Assembly (NCBI GenBank): GCA_973851085.1
Contig: OZ316776.1
Span: 9,982,001 to 10,046,000, forward strand
Origin: Ptychomitrium polyphyllum
Lineage: Eukaryota
Direction: 5' to 3'
DNA length: 64,000 bases
Of this stretch, positions 51,201 to 64,000 are shown in pieces. Within the stretch, counting starts at the first letter, position 1, and the number at the start of each line of letters is the position of its first letter. A program made the position numbers and the translations under genes. Under the pieces are notes generated by a model. That model was not told the origin of the DNA, did no database searches, and saw only the letters and a list, made by a program, of their open reading frames with translations.

Positions 51201-54200
51201 GTTGAAAATGGAAGTTTGTAAGTTGTTTTGTCTTAAAAAACAAATAATGCAAGAAAAAGTGGGTACAAATTCAATGTACTAGAAAAATTACAAAGTAAGG
51301 CTAACATATTATGGATATTCTTTGATTATGACATATATTGAGTATTTAATAAAAATTAGAAGATCAAGTTGAATTTTTATTATAACAAAAGTGTCCCTTT
51401 GTATTATTAATTTAGAAAAATAATTATAATGCAATGTTCATATCTACAAGCTAGCAACAAATAATCATATGAAAGATTAATATATCAAAAATGCAATCAA
51501 TATTTAACAAGCAATCAAGATATTCCTAGCAAATTGGCAATAAAAAATATGATAGAATATTGTTGTTAAAGATACTTAATACTTGAATATTGACTCTTGG
51601 CCTTAGTTTAGATGATAGAAATATATAATAAAATCACAATTAATAATCTATGCTTGTATTTCTTCTACAAAGCCTTTAAATAAATTAGCCTTAGCATTCA
51701 TGATATATTTGCTAGTATTTTTTATGCTTAAGGATTAATATCCCACTTCAAAAAAATTGATCTTTATCATTGTTGAATGTCAATTTTTAATGTAGTACTC
51801 TATGTTGGACAAATGCACGTTTTGGGATGGAATAAGTTTTAGATATTGAATTAATTCTGATAGACTTTCAAATCATGTCAACAAGTATATAAGTTTTTTA
51901 TTTGGATTGAACCACAAACAATTGCAATGCAAGATTATATGACAATACTTTACAACATTTCAATAGACTTTGGCAAATGCTAAGCTCCATATATATGATA
52001 ATAATAGTATTTCTAGTTTTTTTATTTATTATAACCACATTAAGGATCAATTGGTTAATAGAAAACGGCTGAAATCAACATACATAATAGGTTTTGCCAC
52101 CAAAATTGTCATCTATTGCAAGTTATTAGTGATGTGTCAAAAGTAATCAAAATAAGCTATAAATTGTACATTAGACCTTTTATTCATTTATTACAAATAA
52201 ACTTGATGAATCTAATGATACAAATTTAAATAATGTACTTTGCAAAAATATAATGCAATGTATATAAATTATATCAATCTAAAATTTCATTCAATTCAAT
52301 TACAATGATCTTAACTTTGGATTTCCATTTTTGAAAACTAAAGATTTTCTATTTATAAAACTAGCACTTCAAAAGAGATATATACTACACTATTTCAATA
52401 CATAAGGTTCATGGAGCTAGTTCCTTTATAATTGTTATAATAGTCATAATTTGTAAATTTATTTCTTCTTCTAATTCATTTTTTGCTAATTTCACATTCT
52501 ACCTCCACCCAATATTTTTACTTAAATCTTTACTATTTAAACTAGATCCTAACGTAAACAACTACAAAGCCTATATTCCATTCAAAATAATGAGGCCAGT
52601 GACCACAATTTCACAAAGTTAAGATTGCAAAGCATAAGATACTATTATTACATGGTGCAAAGGTGTAAACCAACCATGGTATCATTCCTACATTATGAGA
52701 TTATATAGTCAACTTTTAGCAATATAATTGGTAAAAAGTTTTGGATTTTTTTATAATATTTAACATCTTATCTCATTGCCTATGGAAGAAGCAATTTGAA
52801 ATGGATGAAAAAATGAATTTGCTGCCTACATGCCATTTTTTTTTGTAAGAAAGTCTTCTTTCTTTTACCATTTTGGAAATGCTCTTGGAATTGCAATCAA
52901 TTTTTTAAGACTTACAATTATTTCATTTTGATTATATATTGACATCATGGTATTAAAATAAAGAAATTAAACACTCTGTCCAATATGTTTTTAGTTTTCC
53001 AACACATTAAATTCATTAATAAAAATACTGGTATGGAGTTTTTACTTTAAGAATAAGTAATTTTGAATCTCATTAACATACTTTTTTTAAAGTAAAATTA
53101 TTCGTATAATATTTAAATAGTGCACATTGTAATATATTGAAACTGTTGTATTTCAATGACTACATCAATAACAAAATCAAGCTCAATGGACATTGTTACT
53201 TTTATTTAAATTTATTAATATTTAATATTTAATATTAAAAACAATGTACTTTCATAACTGGGATATTGATAAAAATTATTAATTGACATTCAATATTTAT
53301 GGTAATAATAGTAGACTTTAAAAGATTGTGGTAGATTGTATATTTGAAATTCTAATATGTATGATTCAAATTGATTTATTATTCTAAATTTGAAGTTTAG
53401 ATTCTAAAGTTGATTTTTTCTATAAATTGGATTAATTTTTTGAATAAATAAATGAAATTCCTTTAAAGATAAAATATTTAAATAAAAACATATAATGAAG
53501 TTTTGAATAATTATTGATAACAAATATAATACTATAAAACAACTTGCATACAATTTATATATTAAAACATATTATGAAAACATAAAAATATTAAAGAAAC
53601 TTCTTTTAATGACAACATACATACTCAAAAATATTATTTATCAAAAAATAGGTTTAAAGCCTTTGTTAATTTTTTCTTCTAAACTTCTTTACAATAAAAT
53701 GCTCATTCTATTAATTATAATGGGTTTGCAATTTAATAGTGGTTAGTGGTAGAATATTTTGTTGAATAGAAAGCAATTGAATTCAGATATAAATAATAAG
53801 TACCATGATAGTCAATTATTAATTCTATAAAATATTATTATTGTTTAGAGTAGCTTTTAATAGATATTAAAATTTACCTAATTGAAATCACAAATTAAAA
53901 AGAACATGGATTCTATGAAATAAAAAAATTGTGGTATTTAAAATTGTTGATATTCAATACAAACAGGTGGAAAATAAAACATTGTTTCAGATATAAATGC
54001 TTTACAAAACCTTAAAAAAGAAGTTGTAGTAGTGGATAAAAAAAACTTAATTAACTTAATATTGTAACACATAAAATTTTTCTTAATAAATTTTATGTAA
54101 TTTAAATTCTTCATGGATTATAAGTATAATTCGAATCTTGTTATTGTTGCATTTAATCAAAGACTCTTTTACTAAAGAATTTCATGTCAATTTTCTCAGC

Positions 54201-55755
54201 AATAAATTATCTGTTTTTTAAACTAAAAAATTGAAAAATCAAAACATATAGAATTATTTCGTTTTGATATATAATTTGAATTTATATTAAATAGAATTTA
54301 AAGATGGATCAAATGCAAAGATGTAACAGAGATGGTATAATGGTGCAATTTACTATGTATAGATTCTTAATAACATCTACCAATTTCTAATAACGTTGAT
54401 TTAATAAAAAATTACCAAGGATCATTTTATTTGATGTATTTAATTTTTATTATTTATTATTATATTAAAAATAAAATATCCATTGTAAATCATTAAAATC
54501 ACATATAAACTGAAGACTATGCATGATTACACTACCGCAAAAACAAAATTCAATTTTTTATTTGTTTTCATTCAAAATCTTGTATATTTTAAATACTTTA
54601 TTAACAATTTGGTAAAAATCAATCTTATATTTTCCACAAAATTATATACAAACCTAATTGTACATTAAAAACAAGAAGTCTATTTAACTTTTTAATTTGA
54701 CCTACTCATGCTAACAACACAATCTATTGAATGAATGTGAGCCAAGTAAAGAATACCCTCAATTTTATTGAATAAAAGTGAGGCAAGCAAACAATTTCTT
54801 CAATTTTATTTGTTATGATACAGAACAATCACAAATTCACATTCCAACTTTAAACCTCGAATTCTACAAAGAATAACGTACATCTTTACTACATGTCAAT
54901 TATATGATTTAAAATCCAAATCTCTTTTCAGAAGGCAAACACCACCACACACTCTAATCTCCTTCTACACTAATTACTCACTCCAGTATTCCTCCTGCGA
55001 GGGACCTATACACGTATAACCGTCACTATACGAGCATGTATAGTTTACACGTTATCTACACACGACTTCCGAAGGCCAACGAAGGACGTCGACAATGTTG
55101 CAGGCGTGTGCATCGCGGGTTTGCATCCCCTACCTCATGTTCCGCACACCATGATTCGGTCCAGCGTCCGAATCAGCATATCCGAAGATACGAAGATACG
55201 CCCCAGCGGCCACGCCGAGCCTGGCCCCGAACGTGGCAAACGGAGGCACGGGGGGCCCCCGAGACAAAGGGCAGGGAACGACAGAGGAGGGGGACGAAGG
55301 AGCCCGGGAGCGCGGGAGCTTCGGGCCCGCGAGGCTGGCATGGGGTGAGGTGGGGTGGGGTGGGGTGGGGTGGGGAGGGGCTCCATTGCCGAGGCAGGGA
55401 GGGGCAGACATGGTAGCCCCTCTCTCTGCCACCAGCCTTGCACTCTAGCACCCCCCTTGCACCACGGTCGGCATTCACCACATGAAGCTCACTCGCGCAT
55501 TGCGCACCTTCCCACGGAGGAGTAGGCCGGCAGTAATACAGTTGTCATCCGCTGTTCGATCGGCACGGAAAAAGCGAAGCAGCGGAGTTCAGCAGAGAGT
55601 GGGGAGGCAGGCGAGCGTCCCAACCGAGGCGGTGGGTGACTATGTCGTGAGGCGGTAGAGAGATCGGGAGGGTTTTGGTGTTGGTTTTGGTGTTGGTGTT
55701 GGTGGGAGTGGGGGTGGGTTGGGGGAAGTGGAGCTAGGGTGGGAGACTTATGGTC

Positions 55756-58346
55756 ATGGGAAGTTCGGGTTCGAAGCTGGAGAAGGCATTGGGCGACCAA
55801 TTTCCAGAGGGGGAGCGTTACTTTGGTTTGGAGAATTTCGGCAATACGTGCTACTGCAACAGTGTGTTACAGGTACTGGGTTTGTTTGTTTCGTTGGGTG
55901 ATTGTGATGGTGATGGCGATGGTGATGTTGGGGGACGGAGGACGTTACGTGTTGGTTTTTTTGGGATGGGGGCTCTCTGTGGTTCGTTTCTCAAGCCCTA
56001 AGAGTACTATGGTGGTGTAGGAGGGAGTGGTATGGTTGCATATTGAATGGATGCTTTTTGGTTTAGGGCGGATTTGTTGAGGAGGATGCTGTTGTGATTA
56101 GGGCATCGGGAGGATTTGCTAGAGTTTGTAGATGCTATGGGGTCGTGGCTGGAGAGGTTGGTAGTGGGTTTATGGTATGATTGAAATGAAGTCCTCTGTT
56201 TTAGGAGATTTGGTTCACCACTTTGGAAGTAGGGCATGTGTTTTTTGTCGATCTGGGCGAGTTCGATGCTTTAATGCGACGTTTGCGCATCAAGTCTTGA
56301 CCTAAGATTGACGCATTGATTTAATGCTTGTTTTTGTAGGCCCTTTACTTCTGTGTACCATTTAGGGATCAATTGTTGGAGTATTGTGGTCAAAACAAAA
56401 CTGTCGCCGAAACGGACGAGAATCTTTTAACCTGCTTGTCAGAATTATTTACGCAGGTGATTTAGCTCTTCCTTCTCTTTAGGTCTTGTATCATGTCAAC
56501 AGATGCTGTTATGCTACACACAGAAAATTTTGTTTGAAGCATTTTGTAACTTGCTTATTTAGGTATTCCCGAATTCATCTGTAGTCCTATTTTATTTGTT
56601 TTCGTTGTGTATAATGGAAGCCCGGTACTATATTACATGTTGAACATGTTGCTGTGAATAGATTAATTCCCAGAAAAAGAAGACCGGTGTAATTGCTCCA
56701 AAGCGTTTTGTCCAAAGGGTCAAGAAGCAAAACGAGCTTTTTCGGAGTTACATGCATCAGGTAACAACTACACTGTATTCAATATTCACGGCTTGTTTTT
56801 ATCTTATGTCTATATGCATGAATTGCATGCTTTTCAAGATGGTTTTCTTTTATCCAGTTTACCTCGTAAGAAACAATATAGGATGTTGTGCTTAAACCCT
56901 GTTTTTTGTTGGGACAGGATGCACACGAGTTTCTGAATTTCCTCCTGAATGAACTGGTCGACATACTTGAAAAAGAGACTAAAGCAGCCAAGAATAATTC
57001 AGGCCTTCAGGCTTCTCCAGAAAAATTGGTGAATGGTTCAATCAATGGGTTGGCCAATGGAAATCATAAAGAACCAGTTGTTACCTGGGTGCACAAGATC
57101 TTTCAGGTATGATTCTTAATGCTATCTGTCAGCGATGACTAACGGTCCAGATGTGCAAGTTTTAGACATTTTTATGGATATCGTGCAAGTAGGTATTTTG
57201 CTCATAGTTGTCATGATGTTTTGTAAAAAGAAATTGGACGCCGCTGTTTGATGTGCAGGGTACACTGACAAATGAAACCAGATGCTTACGATGTGAAACT
57301 ATCACTGCTCGAGATGAGACCTTCTTGGATCTCAGCCTTGATATTGAACAAAATAGTTCCATCACTAGTTGCCTCCGCAACTTTAGTTCTACAGAAACAT
57401 TGAACGCTGAGGACAAGTTTTTTTGTGATAAATGTTGCAGGTAGCTATCAAACACTTGTTTTTGGGGGTTGTTGTTGGTTGTGTTGTTGGTGGTCGTTGT
57501 TGCCTTTGGGTTTTTTCTTCGCATGCTCTGGAGATGAACGACATGAAGCAGGCTATGAGCAGCAGAGGGCTCTTAACCGGCTTCGCCTCGGTCATCTTCG
57601 AAGCAAGCGGAGAGAAGAATCTCTAAAGCAGTCACTCTCCTAATTTCCATTTATATAGGGAATATTAGGGTTTATGGGCCCCACCCATGAAACTTGTAGA
57701 ACACTTTTGTGACACCGTTCTATTTGTATGATACGTGGGTCTAACTTTATAGATAGACACCGTTCTGGAAACAAATATGCGTGGGTCTAATGAACTCGAA
57801 TCGAATTTGATCATGCAATCAACTTATTGATCACGACAAAACAAATTGAGGACAGAAACCATGTCGTGAGAAATCAATCGTCTAATATTTGATACCTGTT
57901 TAAGATTGACGTTTTGACATCATTTTTATCTTACCAGTTTGCAGGAAGCTCAAAAGAGGATGAAGATCAAGTCACCACCTCGTATTCTAGCGCTGCATCT
58001 TAAGCGGTTTAAGTACATTGAGCAGTTGGGTCGTTACAAGAAATTGTCTTACCGTGTAGTGTTCCCCCTGGAACTGAAGCTTTGTAACACAACTGATGAT
58101 GCACCTGGCTCTGAGGCCGAGTACTCGTTGTTCGCTGTGGTGGTACATGTTGGGAGCGGCCCAAACCATGGTCACTATGTGAGTCTGGTTAAGAGCTACA
58201 ATCATTGGCTGTTTTTTGACGATGAGAACGTGGAGATTATTGACGAGTCTGTTGTACAGACATTTTTTGGATCCACTCAGGAATATTCTAACAACACCGA
58301 CCATGGTTACATCCTCTTCTATGAGAGCTTGGAGCAGAAGAATTAA
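55756..58346 (+). CDS. UBP4: UBP3/UBP4-like (USP12/46 family) deubiquitinase. Exons 55756-55872, 56340-56456, 56662-56760, 56918-57106, 57259-57440, 57938-58346; ~370 aa
   Basis: [13 protein letters not shown], Cys box [22 protein letters not shown], His box [15 protein letters not shown] introns in phase. Confidence 0.95.
57511..57618. ncRNA. Candidate pre-miRNA-like fold-back in UBP intron 5 (strand unresolved)
   Basis: Arms 57520-57560 and 57569-57609 pair without bulges (30/41 Watson-Crick plus 3 G-U) around an 8-nt loop. On the plus strand the stem extends ~9 bp further via U-A/U-G pairs. Confidence 0.55.
57649..57790 (-). promoter_or_regulatory. Promoter-like cassette facing antisense to UBP: TCP/site II, telo-box and TATA box, plus two paired upstream repeats
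   Basis: On the minus strand: GTGGGGCCCA, AAACCCTAA, TATATAAAT in promoter order. GACACCGTTCT...CGTGGGTCTAA occurs twice (57711-57744, 57756-57790). Confidence 0.5.
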
Positions 58347-61101
58347 CTCCTGGAACCTTAACAAACTTAGTTCCTTTTCAAGGTTGTTTCCATTAGCGCC
58401 TAGTAGTTCTTCCTTTCGGCAGGAGGATGCATAATGGTAATTGGTACTTGACAGGGGTTGCGAAGGAATGTGCGGGACGAATTGAGCTCGTCAAGTTTTT
58501 TACTTTGTAGAGTTGATGGTGAAGAAAGCAAATTGGGAGTTTTGTGTTAATCGTTGTGTTACGCAATGTGACATGGCCACTCTCAGATGCAGTACTTGAC
58601 AAGCAAGTGAGTGCTGCAGGTGGAGCAACTTGGACCGTCTTGTTGCTGTGTACACTGCGACAGACGATAAAACCTCATGAGGACAATCTCTAGCATAGCT
58701 TGTGTTAAATCGTAGGAGTTGCTTGCTGTAAATGTTGACCCTTGGCTGGATGGGTCTTGGATTATTAACTTAATTATGATTCTGTTCAGAAATCCGCTCT
58801 AGTGTATGTGATGCTTATTTTCGTTGAATTTTTTTATTGGTGATACTTTTGATCCTCAAAGCTAATACACTTGATCACCTGTAGATCCTGTCAGGAATAT
58901 GCTTTCAATGCGTGTAGCAGTTGCAATTTTTAAGAACAAGAGAATGTAGATCGGTTGTAGAGATAAATTGAGCTTTATATAGTAGAGCTTCATGGTCCAT
59001 TACTTGTCCGTATTATGAATATTATGAATGTTCAATTGTTACAATTTAAGGGACTTAATCCTCCAGGAATTGGAAACAAAATCCATAAAACCCCAGTCAA
59101 TCTAACATTTACTAAATTTAAGGTTTGTAACCTATGCAAATTCTTTTGATTTAATATATGTTTTACTTGAATAATTCATTATAAATTTATGTTTTGTATT
59201 AAGAATGTTTTTTTTTATACTTGGGTTTGTTTTTAGATTGAAAACTTGTAAAAGATTTGTCCAAAGTAATATAACATCTTTGGATAGGCCAAATTATTGA
59301 AAGTTTTACAAAGGAATTTTTATGTTGGTGTTCTATGTATTTGTGTATAGAATAGAAACAAAAATAAAGGATGTAAACCAAAGTGAGGCAACATATGATG
59401 CTAAGAGCCAAAGGACATGCTCACAAAGGTGATGTCATATACTAAGGTCTTTACTTGGCTTAAAGCATGACAACTTTTGAATTCAAAGATGCTAATATTT
59501 TTGTAGGTAAAATTTGTCTTCCTTCAATATGGACAATTTGTGCCTATAAGTAGCTTTTTTGTTTTCACAAGGAATTACACTTAAAAGCTTTACAATGTTT
59601 TTATTAACTTCTTTTTATTTAACAAAAATAAAATAAAAGAACTTCCTTTTGTAACAATTCTTACTTGTTAATATATAGATTGCCTTAATAAAGAATACAA
59701 AGTTTGTGGTTGAAACATGTGAAGCCAAAGATTATTAAAAAACAACACACTTATTAAGGTTTGTATATGTAGAATATTGTTTGGAAATGGTTAAAATTCA
59801 ATAATTTTGAATACATGCAGTTCCATATTTCTTAGAGGTTAATGCAATGTATTCTAAATAAGTTGGATTTAAACTTATCCATTGAACTTACATATCATGA
59901 AAGATAAAAGAACTCATCTAAAACAAATTTAAAAGCTGTTTATAAATTATAGTTTAGAAATTAGATTAGTAGATGCCTTCAATTCCAAATTCTTAATGAA
60001 TTGATGAAAAGTAGGTGAACCTTCTTGTATTGAAATATTAGTTGTAATTATAAATACAAAAAAATTTAAGAAAGTAAAATTACAATTGAGAGTTAGGATG
60101 AAAAAATGATAGGTTTGTAATTTATTATGCAAGTTTTATTGTTTTTTCAATAAAGTATAAATTAAAGGCAAATAATTAAGGGTGACAAGTTAAATAAATA
60201 ATACAATCATTTAAATGGAATTACAAATTTTTGAGATGATAATTGCATCATTTAGACTCTCATTAACCTTTATGCCAATAAGGCAAATTATAAATTTGAA
60301 TATAATCATGTTCATTGAATTTTTCTATTTGAATTTTACCAAATATCTAAGATTATCAAGATTCTTGATGGTATAAATGTAAGATCTAACTTTAAAGTGT
60401 AAATGGCACTTTTATCTTGCAAATTCAGAAGTAATGTATGTTCTTATGATATCAATTATTTGAACCTATTGTATGAAAATTAATTCAACTTTTACATAAT
60501 GAACACAACTAGTGTTATTTGCTTCATTTTTTTAAATTTAAAAAGCAAATAAAAAAATTAAAAACAACCAATAAACATCACTCGCAATATGTCTAATATT
60601 TCAACATAAAAATATTTTGTAGCAAATCCACCTACAACATTTGTTACGAAAGAACTTATTTTACATTTGAAATATCATCTAATATTTCAATAGAAGAGTC
60701 CTAGGTAGCATTGAATTCCATAAATACAAACAAGACAATTTCAATATTGGCTTATAGAATCCAATTCATTGAATAATGATTAGTAGATTTTGTATGTGAA
60801 TATATTTTCAAGTAAAGAAGCTATTGAAGGTGATCTATAAATATAACATGATATATTTCAACTATAAAAGTTTGTAACTTAATTCTAATTACACAACACT
60901 TCACATCAAATGTTTTATATGTTTTCTCATCACATATAACCAACCAATTTCTACATAACACCTATTCATATGTCTTTTCACTGCATATGATTCTTTTTGC
61001 AAACAATGTTCATTTTAACAAAATTAATTTTATATATCACATAATTATAAGTTTATTTACATACATTTAGTAGAACAATTAATAAATTCAATCAAAATCC
61101 A

Positions 61102-62888
61102 ATGAGTATATTCACAGCTTCACCTTGTGGCCCTCCACCTATTGTTGGTGATGGGCCGGTGTGCATTTTAACAAACCTTAAATTTTGCATTTAAAATATG
61201 AATAATTTGAAGGTCACTTTGATATCACAATTGCATATAATTATTACTAGAAGAATAGAGAAATTTATTGAATATAGACCTTTTCCATTAAATTTAAAGG
61301 TCTTCAATACATGAATTTTTGAGAATTTTAAACAATTCTTAATCTTAAAGTGAATTGAATTATTAGATTTTTTGGTTTATGGGAAGTAGGTAATTGAATT
61401 CAAAGGAGGTGCAACAGAATTCAAGAAAGAAGCCTTCAAAAAATACCTATACTCAAGTGGAACTATTGATTCTCTAACAAAAGGTATTCTATTTTTTACT
61501 GAAATTCTTACAAGAGACCTTATTTGATAAAAATAGAATAAATCATTAATTGAAATTATCTTTAAATAATTTAGAATTTTAATTCCTAATTACCATGTGT
61601 TTTGTGTATTTTTGCGTTTCAGAATAAATTTTTAAAAATTACATTCAATAAATTGTCAAATAAAAAAATACCTCTCAAAATAATTAATATCTTCATTTTT
61701 AATTGAAATGAATAGTTTACTCATGGATTCAAAAATACACCTAATTACTCCATGAAACATGAGTTGAGTTGTTTGTTCTTTCATATTATAATAAAAGATT
61801 GAAGTAATATATTTGAACAATAATTTCACAAAATGCTAAATTTAGATAACTGAATCTGCAGTATTAGCAATACTATATGAAACTCATGATAAACCCGAGA
61901 ACGCCCTTGAGTAAGTCCTCAATAATTAGCCAAATTTTCAAAGTTCAATTCACACAAAAACCAGAGAATTATTGACTGCATTTTCATGGATATACCTTTA
62001 TATTTACCTTTATCTTTTGTGGTTAAACATGATTCACAATGATGCAATACAGCATGAGATGGATCTTTACAGAATTTCTATTATGTGTCACCCACTAAAC
62101 ATGTTTCTTGAAGGTGTGCAAACTCATATCCACTTTGCATCCTAAAGATTGTGACCTACATTAAACATTTATTGAATTCCACAATAGCAGATGCAACATT
62201 TGATATGAGACTATGACAAGAATCCGGTCTTTTCTGTAGTTCATTCATTGCACCCATTCTTAACTTTTATGTTAACTTTTAGGTGTACTCCACTGATATC
62301 ATGTGTGGTCAAGTATATGTTTTCTACATACTTTGTCATGACATACACAAAAGTACTATTTGCAACAGATTCATTTGCAAAGCTTTAGGAGGACCCACTA
62401 TTTCAGAATATAACTGTTTGAAGCAGGAGAAAGAAGAATTGCAAACTAGGTTTGATGTTCTCCTCAAGCAACACTTGGAGGCTTGTGAACAGGTATAACT
62501 CAGTACCGGTTTAGCTCCATAGGTCACAAACAATTACCTCTGAAGATACCAACACTAGTTCAAAGTATGAACCATATTCAGTATAGCGAAATAGCTTTAC
62601 AAGTCCCCATAGAAAATCAACTAACTTTGTACAATATAACTTTGTACAATATAACTTTGTATAATTTGACTATGCAAGTATTAGACTATGCAGGTAAAGT
62701 TGTGTGATTTGTATGGATTGAGTTTGAAGACAATGCAAATCTATCTCACCTGGTTTGCCTTGAACTGTGTTTGATTGAAACAGCTCCAACTTCTAGCACC
62801 CATGGATGAGGATACATTAGAAGCCAAACTACCTTCAACAAGCAGACCTAGTCAAAGGGCTAGCAAAAAGGGGAGTCTAAAAAAATAA
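61102..62888 (+). CDS. MYCBP: c-Myc-binding protein (MYCBP/AMY-1/FAP174)-like. Exons 61102-61158, 61390-61483, 61862-61910, 62369-62492, 62784-62888; ~142 aa
   Basis: Spliced translation KKEAFKKYLYSSGTIDSLTK-VLAILYETHDKPENALE-FICKALGGPTISEYNCLKQEKEELQTRFDVLLKQHLEACEQ resembles the plant MYCBP pattern. GT-AG introns with matching phases (0,1,2,0); the first and last exons are less certain. Confidence 0.82.
62622..62665. repeat. Short tandem repeat TAACTTTGTACAATA x~3 in the last MYCBP intron
   Basis: Direct inspection. Confidence 0.7.
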
Positions 62889-64000
62889 CCCACTAACATA
62901 GTGACTCTCCACATGAGGCACCAAGCCAGGAAGTCAATAAGGTGTGTCAATAAGAATGGAAACCAACATGTACAAAAAAACATTATGCGCATATTGGAAT
63001 CCTGAAACCTGAGATCATTGAGTGGACCATAGATGTATGATACTATAAGTATAGGGCTCCTTAACTTCAACTCTTAAAAGGAGTAAACCTTGCTACAATG
63101 ATACCAAGTTCATTTCCTAATCAATATCTTTATCTGCAGGAGGATAAACGTTCACTTCTATCTTTTTAGTGGACAATAATGTTTTTCCTGTGATAAGTTA
63201 GCATGTTTTACTAATTCTGGTGAAAGTTGGATTGTTTTATCATTTAAAATGATTGGAAAAAATTTAATAATAATTACAAGACGTATTACTAATATCTTAG
63301 GTCTTATACATGTATAGATTACAATGAAGAGCATTAGAATGGATGAAAACTATCCATTTTGTAATATTTAAAAACAACAATCCCATTGCATTAAGTACCC
63401 ATCTTTTAAGTGTAATGAAACATTCAAGTTGAAGAAGTGTTTACAACTTCAAAATGGAGTAGGAATTAGAGTTCATGAGCTTTATTTTGTTAATCAAGTG
63501 GTAATTCAAAATAAGATTTTTTGTGCTTCATGTTGAATCTTGCTAATATAATTTGAAAATCCAAAATACAATACATGGTGAACCATTTTACCGCTTCTTT
63601 TCAATTTTGACTCACATATAATCTAAAAATAATACAAATGACCTACATCAAACTATAAGAAGCTCATTCTTTTGCCAAAAACCATTCACAACAAAATTCA
63701 TTTGAAAAGGAGTTATCATAATTATATAAGTGTGGATTAAAATTTGGTTGTTAATTTTTTATAAAACAGTGGCTTGCTTGTTTCTTAGACATCATTCAAT
63801 GAGTTCATATAAAACTTTATATTTTCTAAATTTAAGTAAAAGATGGATTGATTCAAAAGCATTAAACTAGGGATGCATCCATAATTCAGCCTTAAAATTT
63901 TGTATTAAAGTTTGAATCAATAAAGAATTTAAACATAAGGAATGAATACATTAACCATAACCTTTAAACTATAAAGAATTAAACTAAATTTTAGTTCCTT

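Noticed and set aside
49400..52800. Possible very old gypsy pol relic in AT-rich DNA
   Set aside because: Only isolated 3-5 residue resemblances; not supportable without a search.
55341..55380. (TGGGG)n G-quadruplex-capable tract upstream of UBP
   Set aside because: Simple repeat typical of the GC-rich promoter islands here; no specific evidence of function.
59300..60400. Possible decayed copia RT (LRAKGHAHKGDVIY resembling LVAKGY.Q..GIDY)
   Set aside because: One weak motif and no LTRs; insufficient evidence.

Overview
Eukaryotic plant genomic DNA, most likely a moss (inferred from Tcn1- and Galadriel-type chromoviruses, GC-rich gene islands in AT-rich intergenic DNA, and intron style). 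Seven protein-coding genes can be reconstructed. They are two near-identical copies of an IBR5-like dual-specificity phosphatase, a LOG2/MGRN1-like RING E3 ligase, a mitochondrial thiamine-diphosphate-type carrier, 6-phosphogluconate dehydrogenase, a UBP3/4-like deubiquitinase, and a small AT-rich five-exon MYCBP/FAP174-like gene that the ORF track mostly misses. Between the IBR5 copies lies a ~20 kb nest of LTR retrotransposons. It includes a PHD-finger-bearing gypsy relic and a Tcn1-like element with a -1 frameshift signal, a Tf1-style self-priming site and an extra 3' ORF. It also includes two Galadriel-like elements forming a 2.66 kb inverted repeat whose interior is almost identical but whose edges are diverged. 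UBP intron 5 holds a pre-miRNA-like hairpin next to an antisense-facing TCP/telo-box/TATA promoter. All alignments and exon calls were made by eye.
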